NCBI GenBank assembly: GCA_963737905.1
Contig: CAVTUQ010000028.1
Coordinates: 182,942-246,941 of the forward strand
DNA: 64,000 nt
Reading direction: 5' to 3'
Origin: an uncultured delta proteobacterium
GTDB taxonomy: Bacteria > Desulfobacterota > Binatia > UBA9968
The translations under genes and the position numbers were made by a program. Shown here one piece after another: positions 10,341-19,300 of this stretch. The notes beneath the pieces are model-generated. The model was given only the letters and a program-made list of their open reading frames with translations. It was not told the origin of the DNA and ran no database searches. Numbering within the stretch: the stretch's first letter is position 1; each line of letters opens with the position of its first letter.

Positions 10341-11696
10341 TTAGAGGCGAAAACTGTGTTTTGTGACAAAGACGCCCTGTCCCAACGGCGGCAATCGGCC
10401 GGTCCCAAAGAAATCTCCACTTTCAACTTCGAATGTTCCCGCATTCCGAATCCAATCGGCGATCGCTCCATTCACGGTAGCGTACAATGTAAGATGATAG
10501 CGGCCGGGTAAGAGTGGAAAGGCAGGGATTTTCACCGAGATCTCGCGTACCTCAGCTGAAACAAGTAGAAAGTCCCCTTGCGCGATGGCCGTATCTAATA
10601 ACAACACCCGCTGGCCGATGTTATTGTCCACTCCGATGCTAACGTGGAAATTACGGAGATCGCGAGCGTGCGGGTTGCTAAACTTTATCACTAAAGTGCC
10701 CGGTGCACCGCATACAAAGGCACCTAGCGGTTTGGCATCTTTGTTACGCAACTCAATACCTATAAACCGAATTGCACCAGATCCCTGCCGATCCAATCGT
10801 TCCTCGATCTTCATGTCAACTAGGCTGGTGGATTTGTATTGATAATGATGAATCACTTCCGCAATGTCTCCCTGCGAAGCGACTCGACCGCTGGAAAGAT
10901 GCAGCCCCGTGTGACATAGATTCTGCGCTGCTGCCATCTGGTGACTGACAAACAACACTGTGCGACCCCCTCGAGCGACCTCCGACATCTTGCCCAGGCA
11001 TTTCTTTTGAAACTCAGCATCGCCCACAGCCAGGACTTCATCGACGATTAGAATTTCCGGCTCCAGGTGGGCGGCCACTGCAAACGCCAGCCGGACGTAC
11101 ATGCCGCTGGAATATCGCTTGACGGGCGTGTCAATGAATTTCTCCACTCCGGAAAAGTCCACGATCTCGTCGAATTTCTTCTGAACTTCGGCCCTCGTCA
11201 TGCCGAGAATCGCGCCGTTCACGAAAATATTTTCGCGCCCGGTTAATTCCGGATGAAAGCCCGTTCCTACTTCCAGCAAGCTCGCCACCCGGCCACGGAT
11301 ACGCACGCGGCCTTCGGTCGGCTCCGTGATCCGGCTGAGAATCTTGAGCAGAGTGGTTTTGCCGGCGCCGTTGCGCCCGATGATGCCGAGTACCTCGCCC
11401 TGTTTCACCTCAAAATTCACCCCCCGGAGAGCCCAGAACTCCTCGCTAGCCAGAGGTCGGAGGTCAGAGGTCAGAGGTCGCAAACCAGAGGTCGGAGGCC
11501 GGAGGTCAGAGGTCGGAGCACCATTATCTGATCTCTGATGTCTGATCGCTGACGTCTGGCCAGAGAGCCAGCGTAGCGGTGCCGCCGCTTTTTCAGCGAT
11601 GACATCGCGGAGCGCGACATACCGCTGATGATCCTGCTGGTGGCGGATCTTGTATTTCTTGCCGAGGTTTTCGACGCGTATGATGAAGTCAGACAT
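10341..11696 (-). CDS. wzt: Polysaccharide ABC transporter ATP-binding protein with C-terminal Wzt_C domain
   Basis: [31 protein letters not shown]; C-terminal GSGAIRF...PGRYHL domain; carries an in-frame repeat insertion. Confidence 0.92.
   Translation of the reverse strand: MSDFIIRVENLGKKYKIRHQQDHQRYVALRDVIAEKAAAPLRWLSGQTSAIRHQRSDNGAPTSDLRPPTSGLRPLTSDLRPLASEEFWALRGVNFEVKQGEVLGIIGRNGAGKTTLLKILSRITEPTEGRVRIRGRVASLLEVGTGFHPELTGRENIFVNGAILGMTRAEVQKKFDEIVDFSGVEKFIDTPVKRYSSGMYVRLAFAVAAHLEPEILIVDEVLAVGDAEFQKKCLGKMSEVARGGRTVLFVSHQMAAAQNLCHTGLHLSSGRVASQGDIAEVIHHYQYKSTSLVDMKIEERLDRQGSGAIRFIGIELRNKDAKPLGAFVCGAPGTLVIKFSNPHARDLRNFHVSIGVDNNIGQRVLLLDTAIAQGDFLLVSAEVREISVKIPAFPLLPGRYHLTLYATVNGAIADWIRNAGTFEVESGDFFGTGRLPPLGQGVFVTKHSFRL
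11449..11560. repeat. Inverted TCAGAGG-type heptamer hairpin inside wzt (in frame)
   Basis: gccagaggtcggaggtcagaggtcagagg... loop ...tctgatctctgatgtctgatcgctgacgtctggc; encodes [20 protein letters not shown]. Confidence 0.9.
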
Positions 11697-11698
11697 GG

Positions 11699-11745
11699 CC
11701 AGAGGTCAGAAGTCAGACGTCGGAGGTCAGATGTCAGAGATCAGA
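11699..11745. repeat. Heptamer arm type A (TCAGAGG), left arm
   Basis: ccagaggtcagaagtcagacgtcggaggtcagatgtcagagatcaga. Confidence 0.9.
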
Positions 11746-12107
11746 AAAGGGCCGGGGTTCTTGATCATACTACCAAGCATTTTCCCAACCTCTTGAGACA
11801 TCAACGCTAACTCACGATGTTGTTCCAGCGTGAGAAAGCCGCACTCGCGAGCAAAATCCAATGAAGAATCAGTTTCGCTGTTTTCACCGTCGCAGTCGGT
11901 TAACTTGCTAATGAAATGCGCTTCGTATCTTCTCTTTGCCCAGGCCTCTCTTAAATTCAAGCAGACCGACCGCGATGACCGCCGTATTTGACTGGTCAGC
12001 GCAAAACGCTCTTCATCTGGGAATTTCTTGCTAAGTGTGAATATTTTCATCGCCAGATCATAGGCCTTTTTGTAAACTTCCAAGTCTTTGGCTGAATTAA
12101 GTCTCAC
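11727..12107 (-). CDS. Four helix bundle protein (23S rRNA IVS protein / Avd-like family)
   Basis: KDLEVYKKA...FPDEERFALTSQIRRSSRSVCLNLREAWAKRRY...ENSET; GTG start after GGGGAAGG. Confidence 0.9.
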   Translation of the reverse strand: MRLNSAKDLEVYKKAYDLAMKIFTLSKKFPDEERFALTSQIRRSSRSVCLNLREAWAKRRYEAHFISKLTDCDGENSETDSSLDFARECGFLTLEQHRELALMSQEVGKMLGSMIKNPGPFLISDI

Positions 12108-12117
12108 ACCTTCCCCG

Positions 12118-12185
12118 CTGATCTCGGACTTCTGACTGCTGGTCTTCAAATAGCTGACTTCTGACCTCTGATCGCTGACCTCTGG
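12118..12185. repeat. Heptamer arm type A, right (inverted) arm
   Basis: ctgatctcggacttctgac...ctgacttctgacctctgatcgctgacctctgg. Confidence 0.9.
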
Positions 12186-12186
12186 T

Positions 12187-13017
12187 TCAAATGACGTCCG
12201 CGAAACTTCGTTCGACGCGGCGGAAATACCAGATCCCGAAAATACAGAGGCCAGATGTCAGAGCCACAGAGGTCAGAACACTCGGCCACCATAACGGGAC
12301 TTCGCCGCGGAGGAGCGCCCAGCGGAAGCCGTCGATGACACCGACCATTGGGTTGAGGGAATAGAGCAGGCGCCAGTTAGCCGGGATGTTTTCGCTGGTG
12401 AAGCCAACAGGCGAAACATACAAGCCGAATTGAACGATGAATGGAATGACATAGCGGAAATCGCGGTATGTCACGTTGAGCGCGCAGAGCCATAGGCCGG
12501 CGCCAAAGGCGGAACCGAATGCCAGAGCCACAAACAGCGGCAAGGTCACGATCCGCCAGTCGGGCAGAAAGCCGTACCAAACCATCATCGCCGCCATCAG
12601 CCCGAAGGTGATGAGAAAATCCACGAAGCTCGTGATGACGGACCCCGCCGGAACGATCATGCGCGGAAAGTAAACTTTGGAAATCAAGTTCGCATTGCTG
12701 ACGAGACTATTGCTCGACTCGCTCAGCGCGGTCGAGAAAAACTGCCACGGCAGCATCGCGGCAAATACCAGCAGCGGATACGGCACGGAACCGGGCGCTT
12801 CGAGCTTGGCGACTTTGTTAAAAACAATCGTGAAGACAATCATCGTGACGAACGGCCGGATCAGCGCCCAGGCGATGCCGATCACAGTCTGTTTGTAACG
12901 CACGGTCACATCGCGCCAGGCGAGAATGTAGAACAGCTCGCGGTAGCGCCAGAGGTCGCGCCAGTAGTTCCGGAACGAGCGGCCGGGTTCGATTACGAGT
13001 TCGTCGGGCATTGGCAT
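12187..13017 (-). CDS. wzm: Polysaccharide ABC transporter permease
   Basis: DLWRYRELFYILAWRDVTVRYKQT...SKVYFPR...LNPMVGVIDGFRWAL...FADVI. Confidence 0.92.
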   Translation of the reverse strand: MPMPDELVIEPGRSFRNYWRDLWRYRELFYILAWRDVTVRYKQTVIGIAWALIRPFVTMIVFTIVFNKVAKLEAPGSVPYPLLVFAAMLPWQFFSTALSESSNSLVSNANLISKVYFPRMIVPAGSVITSFVDFLITFGLMAAMMVWYGFLPDWRIVTLPLFVALAFGSAFGAGLWLCALNVTYRDFRYVIPFIVQFGLYVSPVGFTSENIPANWRLLYSLNPMVGVIDGFRWALLRGEVPLWWPSVLTSVALTSGLCIFGIWYFRRVERSFADVI

Positions 13018-13020
13018 GCT

Positions 13021-13272
13021 AGCAAAGAGCAAAGGGGTAAGCGGTAAGAGCTAGGACAATTTCGGATTGCGGATTGCGGATTTACCAAACGCTAAGTGCT
13101 AAGGGCGAAGCGGTAAGGGCAAAGAGCTAAGAGCATTTCGGATTTCGAATTGCGAATTTGAAGACTGCAAAGTGCTAAGCGGTAAGGGCTAAGTGTCAAG
13201 AAAACCGGCAAAGAGGTCTAGAATTTCGGAATTCGAATTGCGAATTTGCTGACTTCTGATCTCTGACCTCTG
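13021..13272. repeat. Mixed heptamer block (GCTAAGG/GGTAAGC, TTGCGGA/TTTCGAA, then inverted type A)
   Basis: agcaaagagcaaaggggtaagcggtaagagc...tttcggattgcggattgcgga...ctgacttctgatctctgacctctg. Confidence 0.9.
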
Positions 13273-13287
13273 GGATATTAGACACCC

Positions 13288-13506
13288 CTACTTAACTGCC
13301 TCAACCGGTAGGTTCTCAATACTTACATTAACAATGTCTGCCAAACTGAATCGCTGGCTCACATCCAGAACTTCTATGCCAATTACTTGACCGTTCGCAC
13401 CGAAATCTACCACGACACCGTCTTCAATTTCTTTGGACTTCGCCACATGCGTCTCCGTGAAGTAAACGTAGATGGCGTCGGCCTCTTTGCTATATTCAAT
13501 TTTCAT
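13288..13506 (-). CDS. DUF2283 family protein (predicted antitoxin)
   Basis: MKIEYSKEADAIYVYF...VVVDF...VIGIEVLD. Confidence 0.85.
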   Translation of the reverse strand: MKIEYSKEADAIYVYFTETHVAKSKEIEDGVVVDFGANGQVIGIEVLDVSQRFSLADIVNVSIENLPVEAVK

Positions 13507-13518
13507 TGCCCCTCCAAT

Positions 13519-13563
13519 CTACGGCTTATTGACGACACTGATAATGAGAACTTCCTCACGGAT
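13519..13563 (-). pseudogene. Last ~14 codons of a DUF4258/RelE-like toxin
   Basis: IREEVLIISVVNKP* directly upstream of DUF2283, at the usual partner position; the 5' side is replaced by repeats. Confidence 0.5.
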
Positions 13564-13564
13564 A

Positions 13565-13665
13565 GCATGGAGCGTGGAGCTCGGAGCTAACTCAACCAGA
13601 GATCAGAAGTCGGCGGTCAGATGTCAGTAACTGCAAAGAGAAGAGAAAACTCCATTGCGGATTTG
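13565..13665. repeat. Heptamer block (GCATGGA type, type A, TTGCGGA)
   Basis: gcatggagcgtggagctcggagc...cagagatcagaagtcggcggtcagatgtcag...ttgcggatttg. Confidence 0.85.
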
Positions 13666-13863
13666 CTCGCTCTTTATAAATCGCGCCAAGCTTCATCCTC
13701 TTCCGGTCTAAGCCAGTCTCTGTTCAGTACTCCTTCACTCAAAATGGCCGTCTCCAATCTCTCTTTGGCATCCTGAGTTTTTAAGAAACGAACGAAGTCC
13801 TACCGGAAGATCCTCTATTTCCTGGATGAATAATTTTTTCGGTTGCATCTTCTTTGCGTCCAT
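13666..13863 (-). pseudogene. DUF2281-like antitoxin (internal frameshift) plus the first 8 codons of a PemK/MazF toxin
   Basis: MDAKKMQPKKLFIQEIEDLP / DFVRFLK...LETAILSE...DWLRPEEDEAWRDL*; overlapping TTG gives LARFIKSE, then repeat. Confidence 0.6.
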
Positions 13864-13898
13864 TTTTAAACGCTGCGGGCAAAAAGTGGGCGCTGTCC

Positions 13899-14258
13899 CT
13901 AAATCCACGGGCCAAGAAATTCCAGCTGGTTTTGCATTTCCTCCATTGATTTCGCACCGATTAATTTTAGAAGACCGCGCATCTGGTCTCCTACAGAATA
14001 ACGTTGCTGCGGTGCGAGAATAATGCCCGCGTGTGATTTGCCCTCAGATAGATACTGCGTATGGAGCCGGCAGAAGTCGCCAACGTTAAAACTGTACAAG
14101 ACGCGGCTGTACGTGGTCGCATACTCTAGATGCTCCTCATCTTTACGCTCGATCATGCGTGCTTCTAAAGACGAAACTACATCCACATTGCGAGCCCGCA
14201 AAGCTGTAATCAAGACATGGCGCATGGAATCCTCATCAAAGTACAAACGAATCGTCAT
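13899..14258 (-). CDS. DUF5615 PIN-like toxin (VapC45-like)
   Basis: IRLYFDED...DEEHLEYA...FNVGDF...HAGII. Confidence 0.85.
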   Translation of the reverse strand: MTIRLYFDEDSMRHVLITALRARNVDVVSSLEARMIERKDEEHLEYATTYSRVLYSFNVGDFCRLHTQYLSEGKSHAGIILAPQQRYSVGDQMRGLLKLIGAKSMEEMQNQLEFLGPWI

Positions 14259-14551
14259 GAAGCCCTGCGGCTCAGGAAATGCTCCCGCTCCAGTCTTTCA
14301 ACCTCCGCCTCTTCTGAAGCGATATCGGTTTCGATTTCTGCCCGGTTCGCATGATAGTAAGCCAACGCCGCATAGACTTGCGCTAATGATAAGTGAGGAA
14401 TCTCCAGCGTAATCTCCTCTGGACTTAACCCCAGCTTGTACCACCCTACAATCCGACGCACAGTCACACCTGTACCTGCAATACGTGGGCGTCCCCCACG
14501 AATCTCCGGCGTCCGAACAATCAACGTTCCAATGTCATTTGGTGTTGGCAT
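14255..14551 (-). CDS. DUF433 antitoxin
   Basis: TPEIRGGRPRIAGTGVTV...LSLAQVYAALAYYHAN; stop overlaps the toxin start. Confidence 0.88.
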   Translation of the reverse strand: MPTPNDIGTLIVRTPEIRGGRPRIAGTGVTVRRIVGWYKLGLSPEEITLEIPHLSLAQVYAALAYYHANRAEIETDIASEEAEVERLEREHFLSRRAS

Positions 14552-14619
14552 AGCTTTTACTCCCATAACTTTACTCTCCGACGTACTAGGAATTTTAACA
14601 CGTGTGGCGATCCCAATGC

Positions 14620-14922
14620 CAAAGGGGAAAGAGCGAAGCCAATTGCGGATTTCGGATTGCGAATTTCGAATTTGAAGACTGCTAAGGGCCAAGCGGTAAG
14701 CGCAAAGAGCATGAAAGCATGGAGCAGGGAGCCTGGAGCTAAGAGCAAAATATAACGCTAAGGGCGAAGGGCGAAGAGCATTTCCTATTGCGAATTTCGG
14801 ATTGCGAATTTACCGAACGCAAAGAGCTAAGCGGTAAGCGCAAAGAGCTAAGGGGCAAGAGCAAGACATTTCGAATTGCGAAATGTTTTTCTGACTTCTG
14901 ACGTCTGACCGCCGATCTCTGA
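14620..14922. repeat. Mixed heptamer block ending in an inverted type A arm
   Basis: ttgcggatttcggattgcgaa, gctaagg/gcgtaag, gcatggagcaggga...ctgacttctgacgtctgaccgccgatctctg. Confidence 0.9.
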
Positions 14923-14924
14923 AC

Positions 14925-15179
14925 TTACTCACCACGGGCATATTTTAGATCGTCCTCAAGCTCCTCCGGACCATAGTGGCGCGGGATGCCACGCTCTCCT
15001 AATACCTGACCAAATTCGTATTTCCCTATGCCGGCCAGCTCCCTAGCTTTACCAAACGACAAAAGCCCACGGGCATATAACGAGATTGCCAACTCTTTTA
15101 ACAGTTCCTGTGCCATGCGCTCTTCCGGCAACCGGATAGACTGGAGTACTGAATCCGGGACGTGCAATTGCAAGCCCAT
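14925..15179 (-). CDS. UPF0175 family antitoxin; its partner toxin is reduced to ATG CCC GTG GTG AGT (MPVVS)
   Basis: LKELAISLY...LSFGKARELAG...ELEDDLKYA; overlapping MPVVS is the typical DUF3368 PIN start. Confidence 0.85.
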   Translation of the reverse strand: MGLQLHVPDSVLQSIRLPEERMAQELLKELAISLYARGLLSFGKARELAGIGKYEFGQVLGERGIPRHYGPEELEDDLKYARGE

Positions 15180-15228
15180 CTTTTCTCCCTTTCTTTCTGT
15201 CTTTTTGCCACGGACTGCAAAAGGTTAA

Positions 15229-15432
15229 TTAACCGCCGCTTTCCTTCGGCGAGATTTCCGGGCCGGGTTCGTTTTCTAATCCCCGCACCGCCGCCCGGAA
15301 TGATAATTCTGACCAGTCGATATCTTCCGCTCGAAGCTTCAGTGCCAGATGCTTCACAAATTCTAGCACCTCTCGTCGCAACGGTTCCGGTAACGCCTTG
15401 ACCTCCTTATAGATACGATCGGCCGTTTCCAT
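15229..15432 (-). CDS. DUF2281-like orphan antitoxin
   Basis: VKALPEPLRREVLEFVKHL. Confidence 0.65.
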   Translation of the reverse strand: METADRIYKEVKALPEPLRREVLEFVKHLALKLRAEDIDWSELSFRAAVRGLENEPGPEISPKESGG

Positions 15433-15434
15433 TC

Positions 15435-15689
15435 CTAGCCTCCGCGTCGCTGCTCCCGTACGACGTCAGACATCTGGCCTCGAATCGTGGCTGGGCGCAT
15501 GCGCAACTCTTCAAGTCGAAGCCCAGGTCCCGTGGTTTCATTTAAGAATTTCGCAAGCGGAGTTTCTCGCCGCTTCTTTTCAGTCAGAAATTCGATGAAA
15601 TCCATCACTTCAGCGATCTGCTGTGGCTCGAGGGCGTTAATTCTTCCCAGGATGCTTTTTTCTGTTAAGTCTTTCGATTCGTGTTTCAT
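15435..15689 (-). CDS. DUF2281-like orphan antitoxin
   Basis: INALEPQQIAEVMDFIEFL...MSDVVREQR. Confidence 0.65.
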   Translation of the reverse strand: MKHESKDLTEKSILGRINALEPQQIAEVMDFIEFLTEKKRRETPLAKFLNETTGPGLRLEELRMRPATIRGQMSDVVREQRRGG

Positions 15690-15706
15690 ATTATTGCCTG
15701 AACTCT

Positions 15707-15778
15707 GAAAATGGAAAGCTGAAAGCAGAAAGTTGAAATCTGATTTCTGTTTTCTACTTTTTGTTTTCCCAATTTTCC
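15707..15778. repeat. A/T-rich heptamer hairpin (GAAAGCT/GAAAGTT type)
   Basis: gaaaatggaaagctgaaagcagaaagttgaaatc...atttctgttttctactttttgttttcccaattttc. Confidence 0.75.
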
Positions 15779-15853
15779 TGAATGTATGATTGGCAGGTTT
15801 GACGTAAAGCGAATTCTGCTGGGGACGTTTTCATCCAAGAGAAATGCTTTCAA
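15775..15853 (-). pseudogene. DUF5615 PIN toxin N-terminal stub
   Basis: LKAFLLDENVPSRIRFTSNLPIIHS, then runs into the repeat. Confidence 0.65.
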
Positions 15854-16071
15854 ACCAAATCCTGAAGCCTGAAATGATTTTTCATCAATTCAGCAGAGAA
15901 CCGCAAGCACTCTAGGACATCTTCCTTTGAAAGCGATGGATACTCCTCCAGCACATCCTCTACGGTATCCCCTGCCGCCAAAAACTCCAGAACCGTGCGC
16001 GCCGTTATTCGCGTACCTTCAATCACGGGCTGTCCGTTGCAGATGTCTGGATCGATAACGATTCGTTTCAT
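15850..16071 (-). CDS. DUF433 antitoxin
   Basis: RIVIDPDICNGQPVIEGTRI...LEEYPSL..EDVLECL. Confidence 0.88.
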   Translation of the reverse strand: MKRIVIDPDICNGQPVIEGTRITARTVLEFLAAGDTVEDVLEEYPSLSKEDVLECLRFSAELMKNHFRLQDLV

Positions 16072-16119
16072 AGCGCTATGATAACCGCCGACGCTGCAAA
16101 AACAAGAGCCACCAAGAGC

Positions 16120-16399
16120 CGTCAGCCAGAGATCAGAAGTCAGAAGTCGGAGATCAGAATCTCGCTAAGCGGCAAGCGCTAAGGGCGAAGCGCAGAGATC
16201 GGAATTCAGAAATCAGAGGGTCAGCCAGCTATAAACCAGAGATCAGCGATCAGAGATCAGAAGTCGGCAAATTCGAAATTCGCAATTCGAAATTCGCAAT
16301 CCGCATTTTCTTAGCTCGATGCTCCTCGCTCCCTGCTCCCTGCTCCATGCTCTTACCCCTTACCCCTTACCGCATTGCCCTTTGCTTCGCGCTTCGCGC
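16120..16399. repeat. Mixed heptamer block: forward type A, then inverted B, C and D arms abutting the 16400 stop
   Basis: cagagatcagaagtcagaagtcgg...aattcgaaattcgcaattcg...gctccctgctccctgctccatgctcttaccccttaccccttaccgc. Confidence 0.9.
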
Positions 16400-19300
16400 T
16401 CAGCTCCCCACCAGGCGGCTGCGGAGAGCGGCTAGGGCTTCGCGCGCTTCGCGGTGGGACGGATAGAGCTGGAGAACACGCTCGTATTCCCGGGTCGCAT
16501 CGCGGAGCTCTCCCACGCGAACGTAGGCATTGGCCAGGCGGAGGCGGGTTGTCAGATCGGCGGGCTCCTGCGACAGGATGGCCTGCCACAGCTCGATGGC
16601 GTGGAAAAACTTTTCGTTTTCAAACAGACGCTGGGCGAACCGCGCTTTGTACTCGCCATTGCGCCGGTCAAGCTCGATCGCCTGCTTGTAGGCGTTGAAG
16701 GCGGCTTGCCAGGCGCCGGCGCCGTCCAGGGCTACCGCGAGTTGGAAATACGCTCCTGCGTCTGCTGAGTTCTCTTTCACCAATGCCTCCCATATGGGAA
16801 TGGCCAGGGCAAATTGACCGCGCTTGGTGTAATAGCGGGCCAAAGCGAAGTTGATGCGGTAGGCTCGTGACACGGGCGTCGAGGAGTCAGCTTGGCCAAG
16901 TTCTTTTTGGACGAGCTTGACGAAAAGACGGCGGTGAGGCGGAAGCCCGTCGGAGTCCGGAGCCGGTGCTTTGGCAACGGCAGCCGCTCCATCGCCCGAT
17001 TGTTTGGCCAGCAGGAGCGCGGTCTGAAAATTCACGAGGGCGCCGCTGTTCTCTCCCATCGAGGAAAGTACTTCGGCGATGGCCAGACGAATCTCCGGAT
17101 TCTCCGGGTCTAATCCGATCGTACTCTCCAGCTCCGAGAGCGCCTCGGGGAGTTTTCTAGCCCGGATCAGGGCGTTGGCATAGAGGCGACGGTAAATCGG
17201 TTTTTCCCCGGGTGAGGCGAGTGCGAGCGCCTTCTGATAGCTTTCGTCCGCCTGCAGCCGGAGTCCTTTCTTATCCAGGAGAGTCGCGAGGTAAAGACGA
17301 TCAACCGAAGTGTTGGGGACCAGCGCCTGGAGATCTTCACGTTCGCTAGTCACGGCCAGGGCCCGGTCGAGAAGCTCAGGGAGCAGTTCCGGATTGAGAG
17401 CGACGGCGTTACGCACCGCGGCGAGAGCGGTTGCGCGCAGTGGCGTGGCGGGCGGAGGAAGACGCGCCTGAGAAAAGGCAAACAGCGCAAGCACCCGGTG
17501 GCGGGCCGGATTGGCGGGATCGAGGCTCACGGCGCGGTTGAAGTGAGTCAGGGCAAGGCGGCGCGTTTCGACGGCGGCTTCTGCCTGACCTGCCGACTGG
17601 GCTTGAATGAGGGCGCGGGTTCCGAGCAGCCAGGCCAAGCGCTCGTGCAGCGCGGCCTCATAGGGCGCATCGTTCAGAGCACGCCGATAGTCATGCTCGG
17701 CTTGATCGAGCAGCGCCATAGCCACTTTGGTTCTTACCTCTTGAGTCCTAAGTATCGTAGCGTCGGGGCCGACCGCCCGGTTCCATGCCCGGCTCGCTTG
17801 CTCCTCGAGCTTGCTGGCGCGGAGGCGCAACGCTGCCGGATGTCCCGGAGAAATTGAAATGACCCGTCCAAGCAGCTCCAAAGCTCGGCGTTCGTTCTCG
17901 AGGCGCTGAACTAATGAAGTTGTCATTGTGGGAGCGCTGGCTTGGGATTCCATGAAGGCGACCGCCGACTGAAACCTGTTCTCCGCCAACGGCGGACTCA
18001 CGATAGAAAATACCGCGACGAGAGCCAGCCCGGCAACGATAACGCCGGCCGACACCTGACGAAAACGTCCCGCAATCGGGTAGTGACGTACGGTGACGAG
18101 AGGTTGTGTTATGTTGCGGAAAAAACGGTTGTGGAGAGCGACTGTGGCAATGGCCAAAAGCGTAGCGAGGAGAATTCCATTGGCGGGAATGCGTAAGGAG
18201 AAATCGAGAAAGCTATGGAAGAAAACGGCAACCACTCCGCCTAATGCCCCGATGGCGATGCCAACGTTGTACGGGTCCCGGCGATAAATATCCTCAATGT
18301 CGGCTTGACGATAAAAACAATGACCTCGACCCAAGAGGTGAGCGCCAATGAGATCTCGTCCAACACGCCACAAGGCAACTAAAAGGATCAGGCCTCCGAC
18401 GAGACCGGTTTCAATCCAAAACTGGAGATGGTCGTTATGGGCATGAGTGAAGTGAACGGATCCCGGCGTAAGCTCGATGGGCTGAAAACGAGGGAAGAGA
18501 TCGCCATAACTCCCAAGGCCCGTTCCAAACAGGGGAGCAATGCGTAACATCGGGAGGCTCGCCCAGTACTGGGTGATTCTAGACTGGAGGCCCGTGAAGG
18601 CCAGGCCGAATCGCTCGAGGATAGGGTCGAGACCGATCCAGGCCGCATAGGTCAAGGTCAAGAGGACCAAGGCGGCGAGTAAAAGATGACTGGGACGAGC
18701 CGCCTGGCGGACCAAAAGAATTCCGACCAGCACAACTAAGGATAGAATGAGACTCACCACCCCGGCTCTGGAGAGCGTGAAAACCAGCGCCACGGCCATG
18801 ATGGTGATAGCGAATAACAGAAGCAGCTCTTGCCAGACCCTGTGGGGAAAGCGATGCGGCGTGAATTTTTTAACGGCGACTGCTGACTCCTCATCCGTTA
18901 TCCAGTAGTCGCGCAGGGAGAGAGTCGTCGTCGAAGCCGAATGGCGCCTTCTCTGCCGGCGGAGAAGCTTGGTGGAAAGCAAGAAGCCGAGAGCGAGAGG
19001 AATCAGCATTGCGAGCCAGGCGGCAAAGTGGTCCGGGTTTACAAAGGTCCCGGTCACTCTTCCTGCATAACTGAGCTTTTTCGAGCCGAAAACCCCATAA
19101 CCCCCGCCCAGGTAGTCCAGGAGACCGTAAAAAGCTAAAAGGCTTCCCATGACAAGCAGAAACCGAACGAGGCGATCGATTTGCAACCGCTCGCGAAACT
19201 GATTGACGACCAGGAAGTAAACCGCGGCGTAGGTAAGGAAAAGTCCCACGGCATGGCGAGTGGAGGCGGGCGCCAGGCTACCGGAGAAAAATATCGATGG

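Noticed and set aside
11727-12107. rRNA gene around the '23S IVS' protein
   Set aside because: The flanks are wzm and wzt; no rRNA sequence is recognisable in the window
13021-16399. CRISPR array or integron cassette array
   Set aside because: No constant 25-40 nt repeat with unique spacers, no cas or integrase gene, and no recognisable attC core sites; the repeats are degenerate 7-mers
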